A DNA stretch of 64,000 bases from Patescibacteria group bacterium UBA3466 (GTDB taxonomy: Bacteria; Patescibacteriota; Minisyncoccia; Phycocordibacterales; UBA918), in NCBI GenBank assembly GCA_002378195.1, contig DFRJ01000001.1, forward strand, positions 161,722-225,721, given 5' to 3'. The position numbers and the translations under genes were made by a program. This document shows positions 37,201 through 46,971 of this stretch, piece by piece; the first letter of the stretch is position 1; each line of letters starts with the position of its first letter. The notes under the pieces were generated by a model. That model saw nothing but the letters and a program-made list of their open reading frames with translations, did not search any database and had not been told where the DNA came from.

Positions 37201-37834
37201 CAAGGCTTTGGCACTTAGCACCTTGCGCTATGTGCTACAAAATCTTGCTTTAGTGATGGCTCCAGTGATGCCGTTTTACGCAGAATTTCTGTGGCAAGCG
37301 GTTAAAGAAGAAACTGAGGCTGAAAGCGTGCACTTAGGTCGGTGGCCAAAAACGACGAAGATTGATGAGTCGGTGGTGGTTGATATGTTGGCGACCAGAA
37401 CTATCGTAACCGAGGCGCTAGAGGCGCGGACTACGGCTGGGATTAAGGTGCGTCAACCAATTCAGGCTGTTTTCGGCCCGAAACTAGCAGCTGAGCTGTC
37501 AGCTATAGTGGTTGAAGAACTTAATGCCAAAGAGTACCAAGAGGCCGAGACTGTAAAGATTGATACTGAGCTGACCGCGGAGCTTTTGTCTGAAGGAGCG
37601 GTGCGAGAACTCATGCGAGCGGTGCAGGGAAATAGAAAGCAGGCCGGGCTGCAGCCAGACGACGAAATTACCCTCACTATCCAAGCAGATGAAGCTAGCA
37701 AACAGGCGGTGGAGACCCACGAGGAGCTTTTGGTAAGAACAGTAGGAGCAAGCGAGCTAGCATTTGCTGAGGTTACTGGGGAAGAGGTGCAAGCTGGAGA
37801 TTATAAGTTTGTCTTTACCATTAAGACTGCCTAG
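34295..37834 (+). CDS. ileS: Isoleucyl-tRNA synthetase (type 2-like) with an inserted histidine-phosphatase domain
   Basis: DGPPFATG.PHYGH, GWDCHGLP, WTTTPWTLP, SRQRYWG, KMSKS; insert with RHGES...SHAG. Confidence 0.95.
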   Translation: MSDIHKQSNMNNKNDGRVSDKVKVVDAKPASEVARREEDMQAFWVEHDIFNKTLETPAGNEPDGDFVFYDGPPFATGAPHYGHLLQSALKDAIPRFWTMNGKRVRRQWGWDCHGLPVENLIEKKLGLATKKDIEDFGVKNFNEEARNTVMEYADDWRQIVPRMGRFVDMENDYKTMDSTYTESVWWVFKSLHEKGLVYEGFKTMHLCPRCGTTLSNFEVNQGYKDIKDLSVFVELPLIDEAASLIVWTTTPWTLPGNIAAAVHKDIEYARVKLTEDDGEKTVILAKDRIEAVLGQKTFEIIGTYQGSELIGKQYQPPFDYHQKEEFDGKENCWTIYHADYVEVGEEGSGIVHIAAAYGEDDMNLAKENGVPIRHHVNESGHFMDFVTDFAGLLVKPKDDKTADINHMDTDIEIIRALAQKGVLFGKEKITHSYPHCWRCETPLLNYATTSWFVEVTKLRSELLAANAEVDWVPEHVGKNRFGKWLEGARDWAVSRQRYWGAPLPIWKNPDTNEVHVIGGLEELKKLVKTSGNQYVLMRHGESESNIKGIISCNKANVDGLTDKGKEQATTSAAKLEDIDVIIHSGFQRTKETAEIVAARFPGVELIEDDRIRELDLSDDFEGQTWKEYNASFGTWEEKFKKELVGSENRLDVQKRMGEFLYDLDKRYADKKILIVSHAGPLFALECAIDGLNIEQSKSYFADGAAYFNNAEVRTPDFCPLPHNDNYELDFHRPYIDEVELYDGGVRLLRVPDVFDCWFESGSMPYAQNHYPFSCDQEVFLQQRFPAQFIGEGLDQTRGWFYSMIVLGVALFGKSPYENVVTNGLVLAEDGRKMSKSLQNYPDPVELISQVGADTIRFYLLSSSLIRGEDVNFSEKEVQELQRKNIGRLHNVLVMYQMFADGTEAADNSDHVLDRWVVARLNQLVAEVTAGYENYELDKATRPITDFIDDLSVWYLRRSRDRLKSDDEKDKALALSTLRYVLQNLALVMAPVMPFYAEFLWQAVKEETEAESVHLGRWPKTTKIDESVVVDMLATRTIVTEALEARTTAGIKVRQPIQAVFGPKLAAELSAIVVEELNAKEYQEAETVKIDTELTAELLSEGAVRELMRAVQGNRKQAGLQPDDEITLTIQADEASKQAVETHEELLVRTVGASELAFAEVTGEEVQAGDYKFVFTIKTA

Positions 37835-38410
37835 ATGGCCTATACTACGTACACCACAGAGGCGTTAGTGTGCGGAACTTTTGTTAGAAACACCGCCGAT
37901 GCTTCTTACTTATTGTTTACTAGAGAAGCGGGGATGTTGTACGCTGACGCGCGAAGCGTTCGTGAAGAACGCTCGCGTCAGCGCTACGCATTACAAGATT
38001 TTTCCTTACTCAGGGTGTCTTTGGTAAAAGGAAAAGGTGGTTGGAAAATCGGCAGTATTGAATCAATCAGAAATTATTATCAGCAAGCAAACAGCAAGTC
38101 AGCACGCGGTAGCGTAGTGTCGGTAGTACGCCTTTTGCGTCGCTTTCTGAAAGGGGAGGAGGTGATGACTGGTCTATTTGATTTGGCTAAAGATGGACTT
38201 GAAACATTACTCAAAGAAACAACAGAGCGCGCCTTCATTGAAGAGGTGGTTAAGCTCCGCATGCTGGCACTGCTTGGTTATGTAGATCGTAATAAAATAC
38301 CCGCCGAACTGACGGGTGAATGTAGCAATATTGCGGCTCACTATGATGACAAGTTAGAAAAAGCTATTAGCCAACTTTATGCCCACGCTGTGGATGTCAG
38401 CCATCTGTAG
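37835..38410 (+). CDS. recO: DNA repair protein RecO-like
   Basis: YTTEALV...LFTREAG...ARSVREERS N-terminal OB-fold pattern. Confidence 0.75.
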   Translation: MAYTTYTTEALVCGTFVRNTADASYLLFTREAGMLYADARSVREERSRQRYALQDFSLLRVSLVKGKGGWKIGSIESIRNYYQQANSKSARGSVVSVVRLLRRFLKGEEVMTGLFDLAKDGLETLLKETTERAFIEEVVKLRMLALLGYVDRNKIPAELTGECSNIAAHYDDKLEKAISQLYAHAVDVSHL

Positions 38411-38437
38411 CTACAGTGGTATAATTATGGCCAAGAT

Positions 38438-40357
38438 ATGAAGCCGTTGAAAACCCAAAAGGAAATCGATGAGATGCGCCGCCGTCTATACGACCGCGGC
38501 CCGGCTTTGCGTGAGAGTGAGCGTCATAGGCTTACCGATATAAAAGTAGATGTATCAAAAGACTGGGAGAATAAACCTACTGCAGAACCAGCCCCTACCG
38601 AACCGGAAGAGCCTGAAGTCGTGGATGAGGCTGATGTCTTAGATCAAGACACATCAGAACCTGCCAGAAAATATCGCACAATTGTTTTAGTGGCGAGTAT
38701 TTTCTTATTTATTTGTGTGGCCACATTTTCCATTGTGACCTTGTTCCAAGGCAACAATCAAATTTCAAGTGAAAACATTAATTTGAATATTGAAGCACCG
38801 TCATTTATTGGTGGAGGAGAGATGTTGTCTATGCAAATTGAAGTCGATAACCAAAACGCAGTGGCGATTGAGTCAGCGACCTTGATAGTGAAATATCCTC
38901 CTGGTACCAGATCAGTCGAAGACAACCCGCGCAATTTATTTGAGGAGCGTATACCGATTAGTGACCTCTCTCCTGGTGAGACGGTGAATGTGCCAGTTAG
39001 CGTGACTATTTTTGGCGATGAGAATGATGAGAAAAAGATAGAAGCTACGTTGGAGTATCGAGTGGAAGGTTCTAATAGTATGTTTTACAAAGAATCTGCA
39101 CCACTGGCACTTAGGATTAGTTCGTCACCGTTGGTGCTACGGATTGATAATGTAGAGAAGGTGGCGTCTGGGCAATTGGTGCAGGTTAAGGTCACAGCGG
39201 TATCAAATGCTTCTGAGCCGCTTTCAGACATTTTGATTGCTGCATCTTATCCGAATGGTTTTGATTTTGAGACAGCAGACCCGGAGCCAGTTTTTGCACA
39301 AAATGTCTGGCGCATTGAAGAAATTTTGCCTGACGAAGAATTTTCTATTGAAATCGAAGGTGTTATTAGCGGATTGACTGAGGAAGAGCTAAGTCTTAAT
39401 TTCGTGGCCGGTCCGCCAGATACTGACAATCAGTTCATCGTTGGGGCCAGCTTGGCCGAAGGCGCATCCGACTTTTTGATTGAGCGACCTTTTATTAATT
39501 TAGATATTGCGATTAATGATGATAAAAGTCGATCAGTAGTCTTAAGTCAGGGCGAAGAGGCAAAAGTGGTGGTGGATATAACCAATACCTTAGATGAGAC
39601 AGTTTATGATTTGGTGGTGGAAGTAGAGCCAGGAGGGAATGCATTAAATGAAGATTCAATTATTAGCGGCCAGGGATTTTATGATTCCAACCGCGGAGTG
39701 GTGCGTTGGGAGGTTTCTAATAATGAGGACTTTGAGCGCATCTTCCCAGGTGATACCCGTCAAATTAATTTTGATATAAAACCAAACAATAACCCAAGTA
39801 CCGCCTCGTTCGATATTGTGATCAATGTCTACGCTAGGCGAGTGGCCGAAGAAAGTGCCCAAGAAACTTTGATCGGGACAACTCGAGCAGAAGCCAAGTA
39901 TTCAGCTACCGTTGGTCTTGGAAATCAGGCTAGTTTGATTAGTGGGCCAGTGCCGCCAAGGGTGGGAGAAATGACTAGCTACAATATAACTTTGGTGGCT
40001 GAGGCGGGCGCCAATGATCTGACCGACACTATTGTTGAGTCGAGCTTGCCGGTCTATGTTGAATGGGCCAATTCTTTTGAAGCTGATGGAGCAGTGACTT
40101 TCAATTCAGTATCGAAAAAACTAGAGTGGTTGGCCGGTAATATCGATGCCGGGGAAAGAAAGACTATGAATGTTCAACTTGACATTGTGCCGAGCCGCTC
40201 TCAAGAGGGTGATCGACCGGTCTTGATAAATTCACAAACAGTGCGAGCCAACGACCGCTTCACTGGGGCGCTGTTGCAAGATAGGGCAGAAGCTGTTACA
40301 ACTGAACTCTCAAGAGAAATGGGCTATGACGAAGGAAACGGAACAGTAGCAGACTAA
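38438..40357 (+). CDS. Membrane-anchored beta-rich (Ig-like) hypothetical protein
   Basis: Single TM helix at about residues 80-103, repeated beta-strand modules, GPVPPRVGE motif. Confidence 0.7.
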   Translation: MKPLKTQKEIDEMRRRLYDRGPALRESERHRLTDIKVDVSKDWENKPTAEPAPTEPEEPEVVDEADVLDQDTSEPARKYRTIVLVASIFLFICVATFSIVTLFQGNNQISSENINLNIEAPSFIGGGEMLSMQIEVDNQNAVAIESATLIVKYPPGTRSVEDNPRNLFEERIPISDLSPGETVNVPVSVTIFGDENDEKKIEATLEYRVEGSNSMFYKESAPLALRISSSPLVLRIDNVEKVASGQLVQVKVTAVSNASEPLSDILIAASYPNGFDFETADPEPVFAQNVWRIEEILPDEEFSIEIEGVISGLTEEELSLNFVAGPPDTDNQFIVGASLAEGASDFLIERPFINLDIAINDDKSRSVVLSQGEEAKVVVDITNTLDETVYDLVVEVEPGGNALNEDSIISGQGFYDSNRGVVRWEVSNNEDFERIFPGDTRQINFDIKPNNNPSTASFDIVINVYARRVAEESAQETLIGTTRAEAKYSATVGLGNQASLISGPVPPRVGEMTSYNITLVAEAGANDLTDTIVESSLPVYVEWANSFEADGAVTFNSVSKKLEWLAGNIDAGERKTMNVQLDIVPSRSQEGDRPVLINSQTVRANDRFTGALLQDRAEAVTTELSREMGYDEGNGTVAD

Positions 40358-40373
40358 TATTTTAATCAGGATA

Positions 40374-41759
40374 ATGAACGAAAAAGAAAACAACAAAATG
40401 GACAAAATTGTCAGTCTCTGTAAGCGACGGGGTTTTGTATTTCAAGGTAGTGAAATTTACGGTGGACTACGAGGAACTTGGGACTTGGGCCCATTGGGGG
40501 TAGCTCTCAATAACAATCTCAAGCGCGAGTGGTGGAAGATGTTTGTCGATGGGCGAGAGGATATGTATGGTCTTGATGCGTCTATTTTGATGAATGGAAA
40601 AGTTTGGGATGCTTCTGGTCACACTGGCGCCGGCTTTTGTGATCCTTTGGTAGAAGATACTGAAACCGGAGAACGTTATCGAGCAGACCACTTACTTAAA
40701 GACGCTGGACATGAAGCCGACGGCTTAAGTCTCGAAGAGATAGATGCAATTATTGTTGATAATAAAATTGTAAGTCCCAATGGTAATCCACTTTCTCCTG
40801 CCAGACAGTTTAATTTAATGTTTGAGAGTCGTATTGGAGCCACTGCCGGAGACGAAGGACGGGTCTACCTACGGCCAGAAACAGCCCAAGGTATTTTTGT
40901 TAATTTCAAGAATGTTGTCGATACGATGTCACCAAAAATGCCTTTTGGTATTGCTCAGATCGGTAAAGCTTTTCGCAATGAAATTGCTCCTCGGGAATTT
41001 TTGTTTCGGGTGCGTGAGTTTGAACAGATGGAGATTGAGTATTTTATTAAGGAGGCAGCCTGGAAAGATGAGTTTGAAAAACTGAGAGGAGACATCAAAA
41101 AGTGGCACACTCATTTAGGTTTGTCTGAAGATAATATTCGTGAATACGAGGTGCCTGATAACGATCTTGCACATTACTCAAAACGGACAATTGATTTTGA
41201 ATACAATTACCCAGGTAAAGGCTTTGATGAGCTTTGTGGTTTTGCTTACAGAACTGACCATGATCTTAAAAATCATATGGAAGCCAGTGGAGTATCAATG
41301 GAATACATTGAACCCGATGGCAGTCGTTATGTGCCACACGTACTCGAACCATCATTTGGAATTGGCCGTGCTATCACTGCTGTACTTTGTGAAGCCTACA
41401 CTGAAGACGAAATGAATGGAGATGTTCGTACTTATCTTAAGCTGCCTAAGCACTTGGCGCCAAACCGGGTAGCGGTATCACCACTCTTGAAGAACAAGCC
41501 AGAATTAGTCGAAAAAGCGCGAGAAGTATTTACCATGCTTAAGACTGAGTTTGGAAACGTGGCCTGGGACGATAATGGAAACGTCGGTAAGCGCTACCGT
41601 CGGCAGGATGAAATTGGTACTCCGCACTGCATCGTAATCGATTTTGATACGCTAGGACAAGAAGCGCCGGAGCACACAGATACGGTGACAGTCCGTGATC
41701 GTGATACTGGTGAACAAGAGCGTGTGGCCATTTCTGACTTGATTCAAAAACTAAAATAA
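40374..41759 (+). CDS. glyQS: Glycyl-tRNA synthetase (alpha2 type)
   Basis: SLCKRRGF, LRPETAQG, AQIGKAFRNEI, REFEQME, GKRYRRQDEIGTP. Confidence 0.97.
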   Translation: MNEKENNKMDKIVSLCKRRGFVFQGSEIYGGLRGTWDLGPLGVALNNNLKREWWKMFVDGREDMYGLDASILMNGKVWDASGHTGAGFCDPLVEDTETGERYRADHLLKDAGHEADGLSLEEIDAIIVDNKIVSPNGNPLSPARQFNLMFESRIGATAGDEGRVYLRPETAQGIFVNFKNVVDTMSPKMPFGIAQIGKAFRNEIAPREFLFRVREFEQMEIEYFIKEAAWKDEFEKLRGDIKKWHTHLGLSEDNIREYEVPDNDLAHYSKRTIDFEYNYPGKGFDELCGFAYRTDHDLKNHMEASGVSMEYIEPDGSRYVPHVLEPSFGIGRAITAVLCEAYTEDEMNGDVRTYLKLPKHLAPNRVAVSPLLKNKPELVEKAREVFTMLKTEFGNVAWDDNGNVGKRYRRQDEIGTPHCIVIDFDTLGQEAPEHTDTVTVRDRDTGEQERVAISDLIQKLK

Positions 41760-41814
41760 CTTTACTCTTTTTGATCTAGGGGTTATAAGAGGGTTGGCCG
41801 GAGGAGGGGATTAC

Positions 41815-42000
41815 ATGAAGGTGACCTTAATTGAGAGAACTGATGACGTCAGGTTTCACTACTGCTACTTTTGTCGCCAGGCTGTGAAAGGCTATCGTCA
41901 TGTTCACTACAATACTCTGGAAAGTTTTTTGGATCATACAGAGCGTGAACGCCGGCTTAGGCGCGAGGCGGCTAGACAAGAGGGGGAGTGGTCTTCATGA
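41815..42000 (+). CDS. Possible small CxxC protein
   Basis: GGAGG upstream of ATG 41815; MKVTLIER...HYCYFCRQ. Confidence 0.4.
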   Translation: MKVTLIERTDDVRFHYCYFCRQAVKGYRHVHYNTLESFLDHTERERRLRREAARQEGEWSS

Positions 42001-42041
42001 CCCCTTTATTTTTATATATACACCATGGTAAGGTAATCTTC

Positions 42042-43481
42042 ATGGAAGAAAAAACACCAAAATATATCACTACTACTTTACCGTATGTAAATGCGTCACC
42101 GCATATGGGTCATGCCCTTGAGTTTGTGCAGGCGGATACCTTAGCACGATACTATCGACTGATGGGACACGAGGTGTTTTTTAATACCGGAGCTGATGAG
42201 CATGGGCAAAAAGTCGCCAAGAAAGCCGATGAAGCTGGTGTTGATAGGCAGTCATATACCGATAAGTACGCTGCTGAGTTTGATAATTTGCAGACCGCTT
42301 TTAATTTGTCCTGGACTAATTTCATTCGTACAACCAATCCTGAGCATAAGGCGGCAGCTCAGCATATCTGGAAACTATGCGAAGAGAACGGAGATATTTA
42401 TAAGAAAAAGTACCAAGGTTTGTATTGCGTGGGGTGTGAATCATTTAAAGTAGATTCTGACCTGGTGGATGGAAAGTGTCCTGAACATGGAACAGAGCCA
42501 GAAGCAATTGAAGAAGAAAACTACTTTTTCAAACTATCAAATTACCAAGATTACCTTTTGGAATATTTAAGCAATGAAGGTGTGGTGGTACCTGAATTTA
42601 GACGACAAGAAGCTCTGCGGTTTGTGGAGGGAGGTCTTGAAGATTTGAGTATTTCGCGAGAAAAATCAAGAATGGATTGGGGTGTGCCGGTGCCTGGTGA
42701 TGACGAGCATGTTATGTATGTTTGGTTTGATGCGCTGACTAACTACATCTCAACCCTCGGGTGGCCAGAAGATAAGGCCGGTCAGTTTAAGAAATTTTGG
42801 GACGATGGCAGCACGTTGCAGCTAGCCGGTAAGGACCAAATCCGCTTCCAATCGGTTATCTGGCAGGCGATGTTAAAGAGTGCCGGTATTCAGGCGACCG
42901 ATAGAGTTTTTTATCACGGTTTTATAAATAGCGACGGCCAAAAGATGAGTAAATCGATCGGGAATGTGATCGATCCGTATGAGATAGTCGATAAGTATGG
43001 TACTGATGCGGCAAGATATATTATGCTACGTCACGTCCACCCAACTGACGATTCAGATATTACTTGGGAGAAAATGGATGAGTGGTATACCGCAAACTTA
43101 GTTAATGGACTTGGTAATCTTACCGCTAGAATTATGAAAATGGCTGAGACTCATCTTGATGCACCGATTGAACGACCTGAAGCGCAAGGTTTTGCGCCAG
43201 AGTATATTGATGCTCTAGACTGCTACAATTTCCAAGGAGCGATGGATTTTGTCTGGGGCAAGGTGCAAGCACTAGATGAAAAAATCACCGAGACCGAACC
43301 TTTTAAATTGGTAAAGGAGGACAAAGAAGCGGCGGTAGCGATTATTAAAGAGCTACTCCATGAGCTATATATTATTGGTCGAATGTTGAACCCAGTCCTT
43401 CCTGAGGCGAATGTAATTCTAAAACAGGCGATACTAGAAAACAAAAAGCCAGACAATCTCTTTAATCGCCTAGAGTCTTAA
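42042..43481 (+). CDS. metG: Methionyl-tRNA synthetase
   Basis: YVNASPHMGH, TGADEHGQK, YVWFDAL, KMSKS. Confidence 0.97.
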   Translation: MEEKTPKYITTTLPYVNASPHMGHALEFVQADTLARYYRLMGHEVFFNTGADEHGQKVAKKADEAGVDRQSYTDKYAAEFDNLQTAFNLSWTNFIRTTNPEHKAAAQHIWKLCEENGDIYKKKYQGLYCVGCESFKVDSDLVDGKCPEHGTEPEAIEEENYFFKLSNYQDYLLEYLSNEGVVVPEFRRQEALRFVEGGLEDLSISREKSRMDWGVPVPGDDEHVMYVWFDALTNYISTLGWPEDKAGQFKKFWDDGSTLQLAGKDQIRFQSVIWQAMLKSAGIQATDRVFYHGFINSDGQKMSKSIGNVIDPYEIVDKYGTDAARYIMLRHVHPTDDSDITWEKMDEWYTANLVNGLGNLTARIMKMAETHLDAPIERPEAQGFAPEYIDALDCYNFQGAMDFVWGKVQALDEKITETEPFKLVKEDKEAAVAIIKELLHELYIIGRMLNPVLPEANVILKQAILENKKPDNLFNRLES

Positions 43482-43503
43482 ACAAATAACCCCAAGCAAG
43501 GGG

Positions 43504-43908
43504 TTATTTTTTGAGTAATTTCCAACGATCTGGTCCAGCGTAGCGGGGTAGTCCTATGTGAATCACATCGACCAAAGTATTAACAAAATCTACATAATCT
43601 GCCTTGTTTTTCTTTAGTCCAGATAAAACGGGTCTATAGCTACCAAAATTATAAGTCTCCCTAAGACGAGCAACGGTAGAGCTGCTTACACGCAAGGTTT
43701 TGCTGATAGCATAATCGGTATGACCTTCATCAATGAGGACGATGATGGCTAAGCGCTTGGCGAGCATAATTTGCTCAGTTGGAGTTAGGATACTCTCTAA
43801 AAATGGATCAGCCTTCGAGGCGCTTAAGCGACCGATCGTCTCTCCTAGCTGGTTCCAGATTTCTTTAGCCACCAACTTATCTAATTTTTGATTTGAAACT
43901 CTTGTCAT
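43504..43908 (-). CDS. TrpR/YerC-like helix-turn-helix protein
   Basis: LTPTEQIMLAKRLAI...YAISKTLRVSSSTVAR. Confidence 0.82.
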   Translation of the reverse strand: MTRVSNQKLDKLVAKEIWNQLGETIGRLSASKADPFLESILTPTEQIMLAKRLAIIVLIDEGHTDYAISKTLRVSSSTVARLRETYNFGSYRPVLSGLKKNKADYVDFVNTLVDVIHIGLPRYAGPDRWKLLKK

Positions 43909-43955
43909 AACCTATCTATTAATCGTTATAATTATACCGATTAATCGATAGGTTA
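43908..43955. promoter_or_regulatory. Long inverted repeat over the start and promoter of the TrpR-like gene
   Basis: taacctatctattaatcg ... cgattaatcgataggtta with TATAAT in the loop. Confidence 0.65.
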
Positions 43956-44001
43956 CAAGGGGTTGTGTGGAGGATTGGGGGAGTGGTAGGATAGGAGAAC
44001 T

Positions 44002-44514
44002 ATGACGAAATCACCTAAAAAAATTCTAATTCAAGGTGTAAGTGCATCGGGAAAGACTACTTTTGGTGAAAAGCTCGCGCATAAACTTCAAAGACCGGTA
44101 ATTATGGTTGATGAAATTATGTGGAAACCAAACTGGGTTTATGTTGGTGATGAAGAGACTGCTAAAAAATTAAAAAAAGTAACTAGTAAAGAAGCTTGGA
44201 TTATCGAGGGGTATATTGTTGGATTGGTTCGGCAAGATGTTTTTGATCAAGCAGATTTAATATTGTACTTGGACTACTCGGGGTGGTTTTCTGCCTATCG
44301 ATATATGCTTAGGTTTATTAAGCACCGTAATGATCCGCGACCAGAAATTCTGGGTTGCCCAGAAAAGTTTAGCCTCGAGTTTTTATGGCGGGTATTTAAG
44401 AAAAAAGAAGTTTACAAAGTTGAAAAGTTAATTAGGGAGAATAATTATGAAAGTAAGGTGGTGCGATTTAAAAAACCGTCAGAAGCTAAGAAGTATTTAG
44501 ATAATCTAGTATGA
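44002..44514 (+). CDS. FlaR / topology-modulation-type P-loop kinase
   Basis: GVSASGKTT, WKPNW, WIIEG, GCPEK. Confidence 0.8.
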   Translation: MTKSPKKILIQGVSASGKTTFGEKLAHKLQRPVIMVDEIMWKPNWVYVGDEETAKKLKKVTSKEAWIIEGYIVGLVRQDVFDQADLILYLDYSGWFSAYRYMLRFIKHRNDPRPEILGCPEKFSLEFLWRVFKKKEVYKVEKLIRENNYESKVVRFKKPSEAKKYLDNLV

Positions 44515-45041
44515 AAAAGTTATTGGTCTTGCCAGGGAATAGTTTACGAAACAAAGAGTGGGGAGAGGGGTGTGCCTTGGCCTACGTTGATTTATTTGAT
44601 GAGGTGGTGATGCAATACTATGACCACTGGGATAATGAAGAGAATTTTATTAGCCTTGATAAAGAATTGGAAAAAATTAAGAGGACTATCGGAAATAGCG
44701 AAGATGATACCTGGCACGTCTTTGCCAAATCAATTGGCTCTTTAGTAACTTTAAAAGCTGTCCATGATGGTATTGTTACCCCCAAGCAGACTGTCTTTTT
44801 TGGTATGCCGTTAGATTTTGCGGAGGAATTTTACGCTGGTGATTGGGATCCTCTGAGTGACTATAAAGTTAGAACTTTAGCGTTTCATAATGATAGTGAT
44901 CCAACCGCTAATTATGAATTTACTAAAGATAAGCTTGAGATCTTGGCACCTTCAATTGAATTATTTACCCTAAGAGGAGATAATCATGACTACTTAGATT
45001 TCTCTGACTATAAAGAGAAAATTAAAGAATTTTTATCATGA
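44511..45041 (+). CDS. Alpha/beta hydrolase fold protein
   Basis: LPGNS, AKSIG nucleophile elbow, DP, H-DY. Confidence 0.72.
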   Translation: MKKLLVLPGNSLRNKEWGEGCALAYVDLFDEVVMQYYDHWDNEENFISLDKELEKIKRTIGNSEDDTWHVFAKSIGSLVTLKAVHDGIVTPKQTVFFGMPLDFAEEFYAGDWDPLSDYKVRTLAFHNDSDPTANYEFTKDKLEILAPSIELFTLRGDNHDYLDFSDYKEKIKEFLS

Positions 45042-45886
45042 ATACGAAATACATCGATACGCATGCTCACCTAAACTTATCTGCTTTTAAGGAGGATGTT
45101 GAGGCTGTATCGCAGGCTTGTGCGGAGGCTTCGGTATCGGTAATTAATGTGGGCACCAAAGAGAGTACCAGTAAGCGGGGGGTGGAACTCTCGGAGCAAT
45201 ATGATTCTCAGTACGCCATTGTGGGTTTGCACCCGATCCAAACTGTACCGGGGATGCATGATGAGGAAGAGTTGGGTGGCGGCGAACCTTTTAAGAGTAA
45301 GGGTGAAGAATTTAACAAAGACTTTTACCGCGAACTGGCTAAGTCTAAAAAAGTGATCGGTATTGGTGAGTGTGGGTTTGATTATTATCACACACCAGAA
45401 GACAGCTACGCTATCCAAGAGAAAGCGTTTATTGAGCAAATTGCACTAGCGAATGAATTAGAGTTGCCGCTGATGATTCATACACGCGGGCCAAAGCCGG
45501 GGAATGAGAGTCCGACTGGACGCAGTGTTTACACCGATGTCTACGAGACTTTAAAGCAGTACACCAAAGTGCCTTTTAACGTGCATTTTTATGCGGGTAC
45601 TATCGCTGAAGCTGAAAAATTCTTCGAGCTAGGGGGCACTATTTCCTTCACTGGAGTGATTACTTTTGCGAAAGACTACGAAGAAGTGGTGAAGTGGGCA
45701 CCGCTCGATAGCATCCACGCGGAAACCGACTCTCCTTATGTGTCGCCAGTGCCACATCGCGGCAAGCGTTGTGAGCCACACTACGTGATTGAGGTATACA
45801 AAAAAATAGCCGAATTGAAGGGGGTGGATGAGGAAGAGGTTAGAACACAGCTGATAAAAAACGCTCAGAGTTTTTACAGTTTGTAA
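45038..45886 (+). CDS. tatD: TatD family DNase
   Basis: DTHAHL, GLHP, IGECGFDY, IHTR, ETDSPY. Confidence 0.95.
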   Translation: MNTKYIDTHAHLNLSAFKEDVEAVSQACAEASVSVINVGTKESTSKRGVELSEQYDSQYAIVGLHPIQTVPGMHDEEELGGGEPFKSKGEEFNKDFYRELAKSKKVIGIGECGFDYYHTPEDSYAIQEKAFIEQIALANELELPLMIHTRGPKPGNESPTGRSVYTDVYETLKQYTKVPFNVHFYAGTIAEAEKFFELGGTISFTGVITFAKDYEEVVKWAPLDSIHAETDSPYVSPVPHRGKRCEPHYVIEVYKKIAELKGVDEEEVRTQLIKNAQSFYSL

Positions 45887-46971
45887 TAACCAATCCCGCC
45901 ACCCTGGGAGACGTTAACAATTGGGTTTTCTGAAAATCGCATCAGAGTATGACCTGAACCAATCACCTCTCCTGATTTAATGAAGAAATGTGGGCAAAGA
46001 TCATAGTATAGAACTTTATCAATAACGGTTCCTTCATCGTATAAGCTAACTTTCATCTGGGGGATATGAGCTAACTCTTGGACGATGTAATTTGTATTAG
46101 AAAGCTTGCTAATCAGTTTTGACCATTCTACTTGGTTAAGCTTATGGCCAAAGTAAATATTAAAGCCTTCGCAACCATCAATTGGTTTAAGTACAAGGTC
46201 ATCTTTGTGCTGGTTACAATAGTCAATGATATCAGTGGTGACTTTCGTAGTTTTAAGAACGTATGGATGGTCTATTTCCTGCAATAGATCCTTGTAACCG
46301 AGGGTTCTTAATGCCATTGTATTTATTGGCTTCAGTCGTTTGGTTCTAAAATGATCAAACATATCTGAAGTCATTTTGGAGGTTTCAAGGCAGCGTCGTA
46401 CAACAGACCCCTCGGTTGCCTCACTCAGGTCAGTTATTCTTTTGCCGTTATTTCCGAGAGATTTGAGATTTTGTGATTCAACTGCATACGCATCCAGAAA
46501 GAAAGCGTCGTCACTATGTAGAACTACAGTTTCTTCGTCCCCGAACAGTTTGTTTAGGTTAAATTTATGTTCGTTTGTTGAGCGATCAGCTAAAGCCGAG
46601 TAAGTTTTGTCATGCAGCAGTAGACCGTCAGGATAGTCGCAGTTAATCTCTAAAATAGATACTCTTGAAGTATTTGGGTTCCAAAGACAATCAAATCTAA
46701 CAACCCCCGTGTAATCGTCATTAATGAGAGGGATAAGATCATTATCTCCCGCGTCTTCTGCACGTTTGTTAGCAGTTGCTTTTATTTCATCATTTTGTAG
46801 AAGTTGATCTAGGACAACTCTAAGTTGATCCTGCAATTCTTTATGATCAAGGTCTGGGATTTCAATAAGATCCCTAGCGATTGGTAACCGGATATCTCCA
46901 TTTGAAATCGGGTAAGCATGCTTAAGGTTATTCCAAAAATTTTGATAAGCAATTTCTTTATCAGTTTTCAT
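45874..46971 (-). CDS. Circularly permuted ATP-grasp-like protein
   Basis: RFD...ILEINCD, LVLKPIDGCEG..IYFG, YIVQE, NVSQGGG. Confidence 0.72.
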   Translation of the reverse strand: MKTDKEIAYQNFWNNLKHAYPISNGDIRLPIARDLIEIPDLDHKELQDQLRVVLDQLLQNDEIKATANKRAEDAGDNDLIPLINDDYTGVVRFDCLWNPNTSRVSILEINCDYPDGLLLHDKTYSALADRSTNEHKFNLNKLFGDEETVVLHSDDAFFLDAYAVESQNLKSLGNNGKRITDLSEATEGSVVRRCLETSKMTSDMFDHFRTKRLKPINTMALRTLGYKDLLQEIDHPYVLKTTKVTTDIIDYCNQHKDDLVLKPIDGCEGFNIYFGHKLNQVEWSKLISKLSNTNYIVQELAHIPQMKVSLYDEGTVIDKVLYYDLCPHFFIKSGEVIGSGHTLMRFSENPIVNVSQGGGIGYYKL

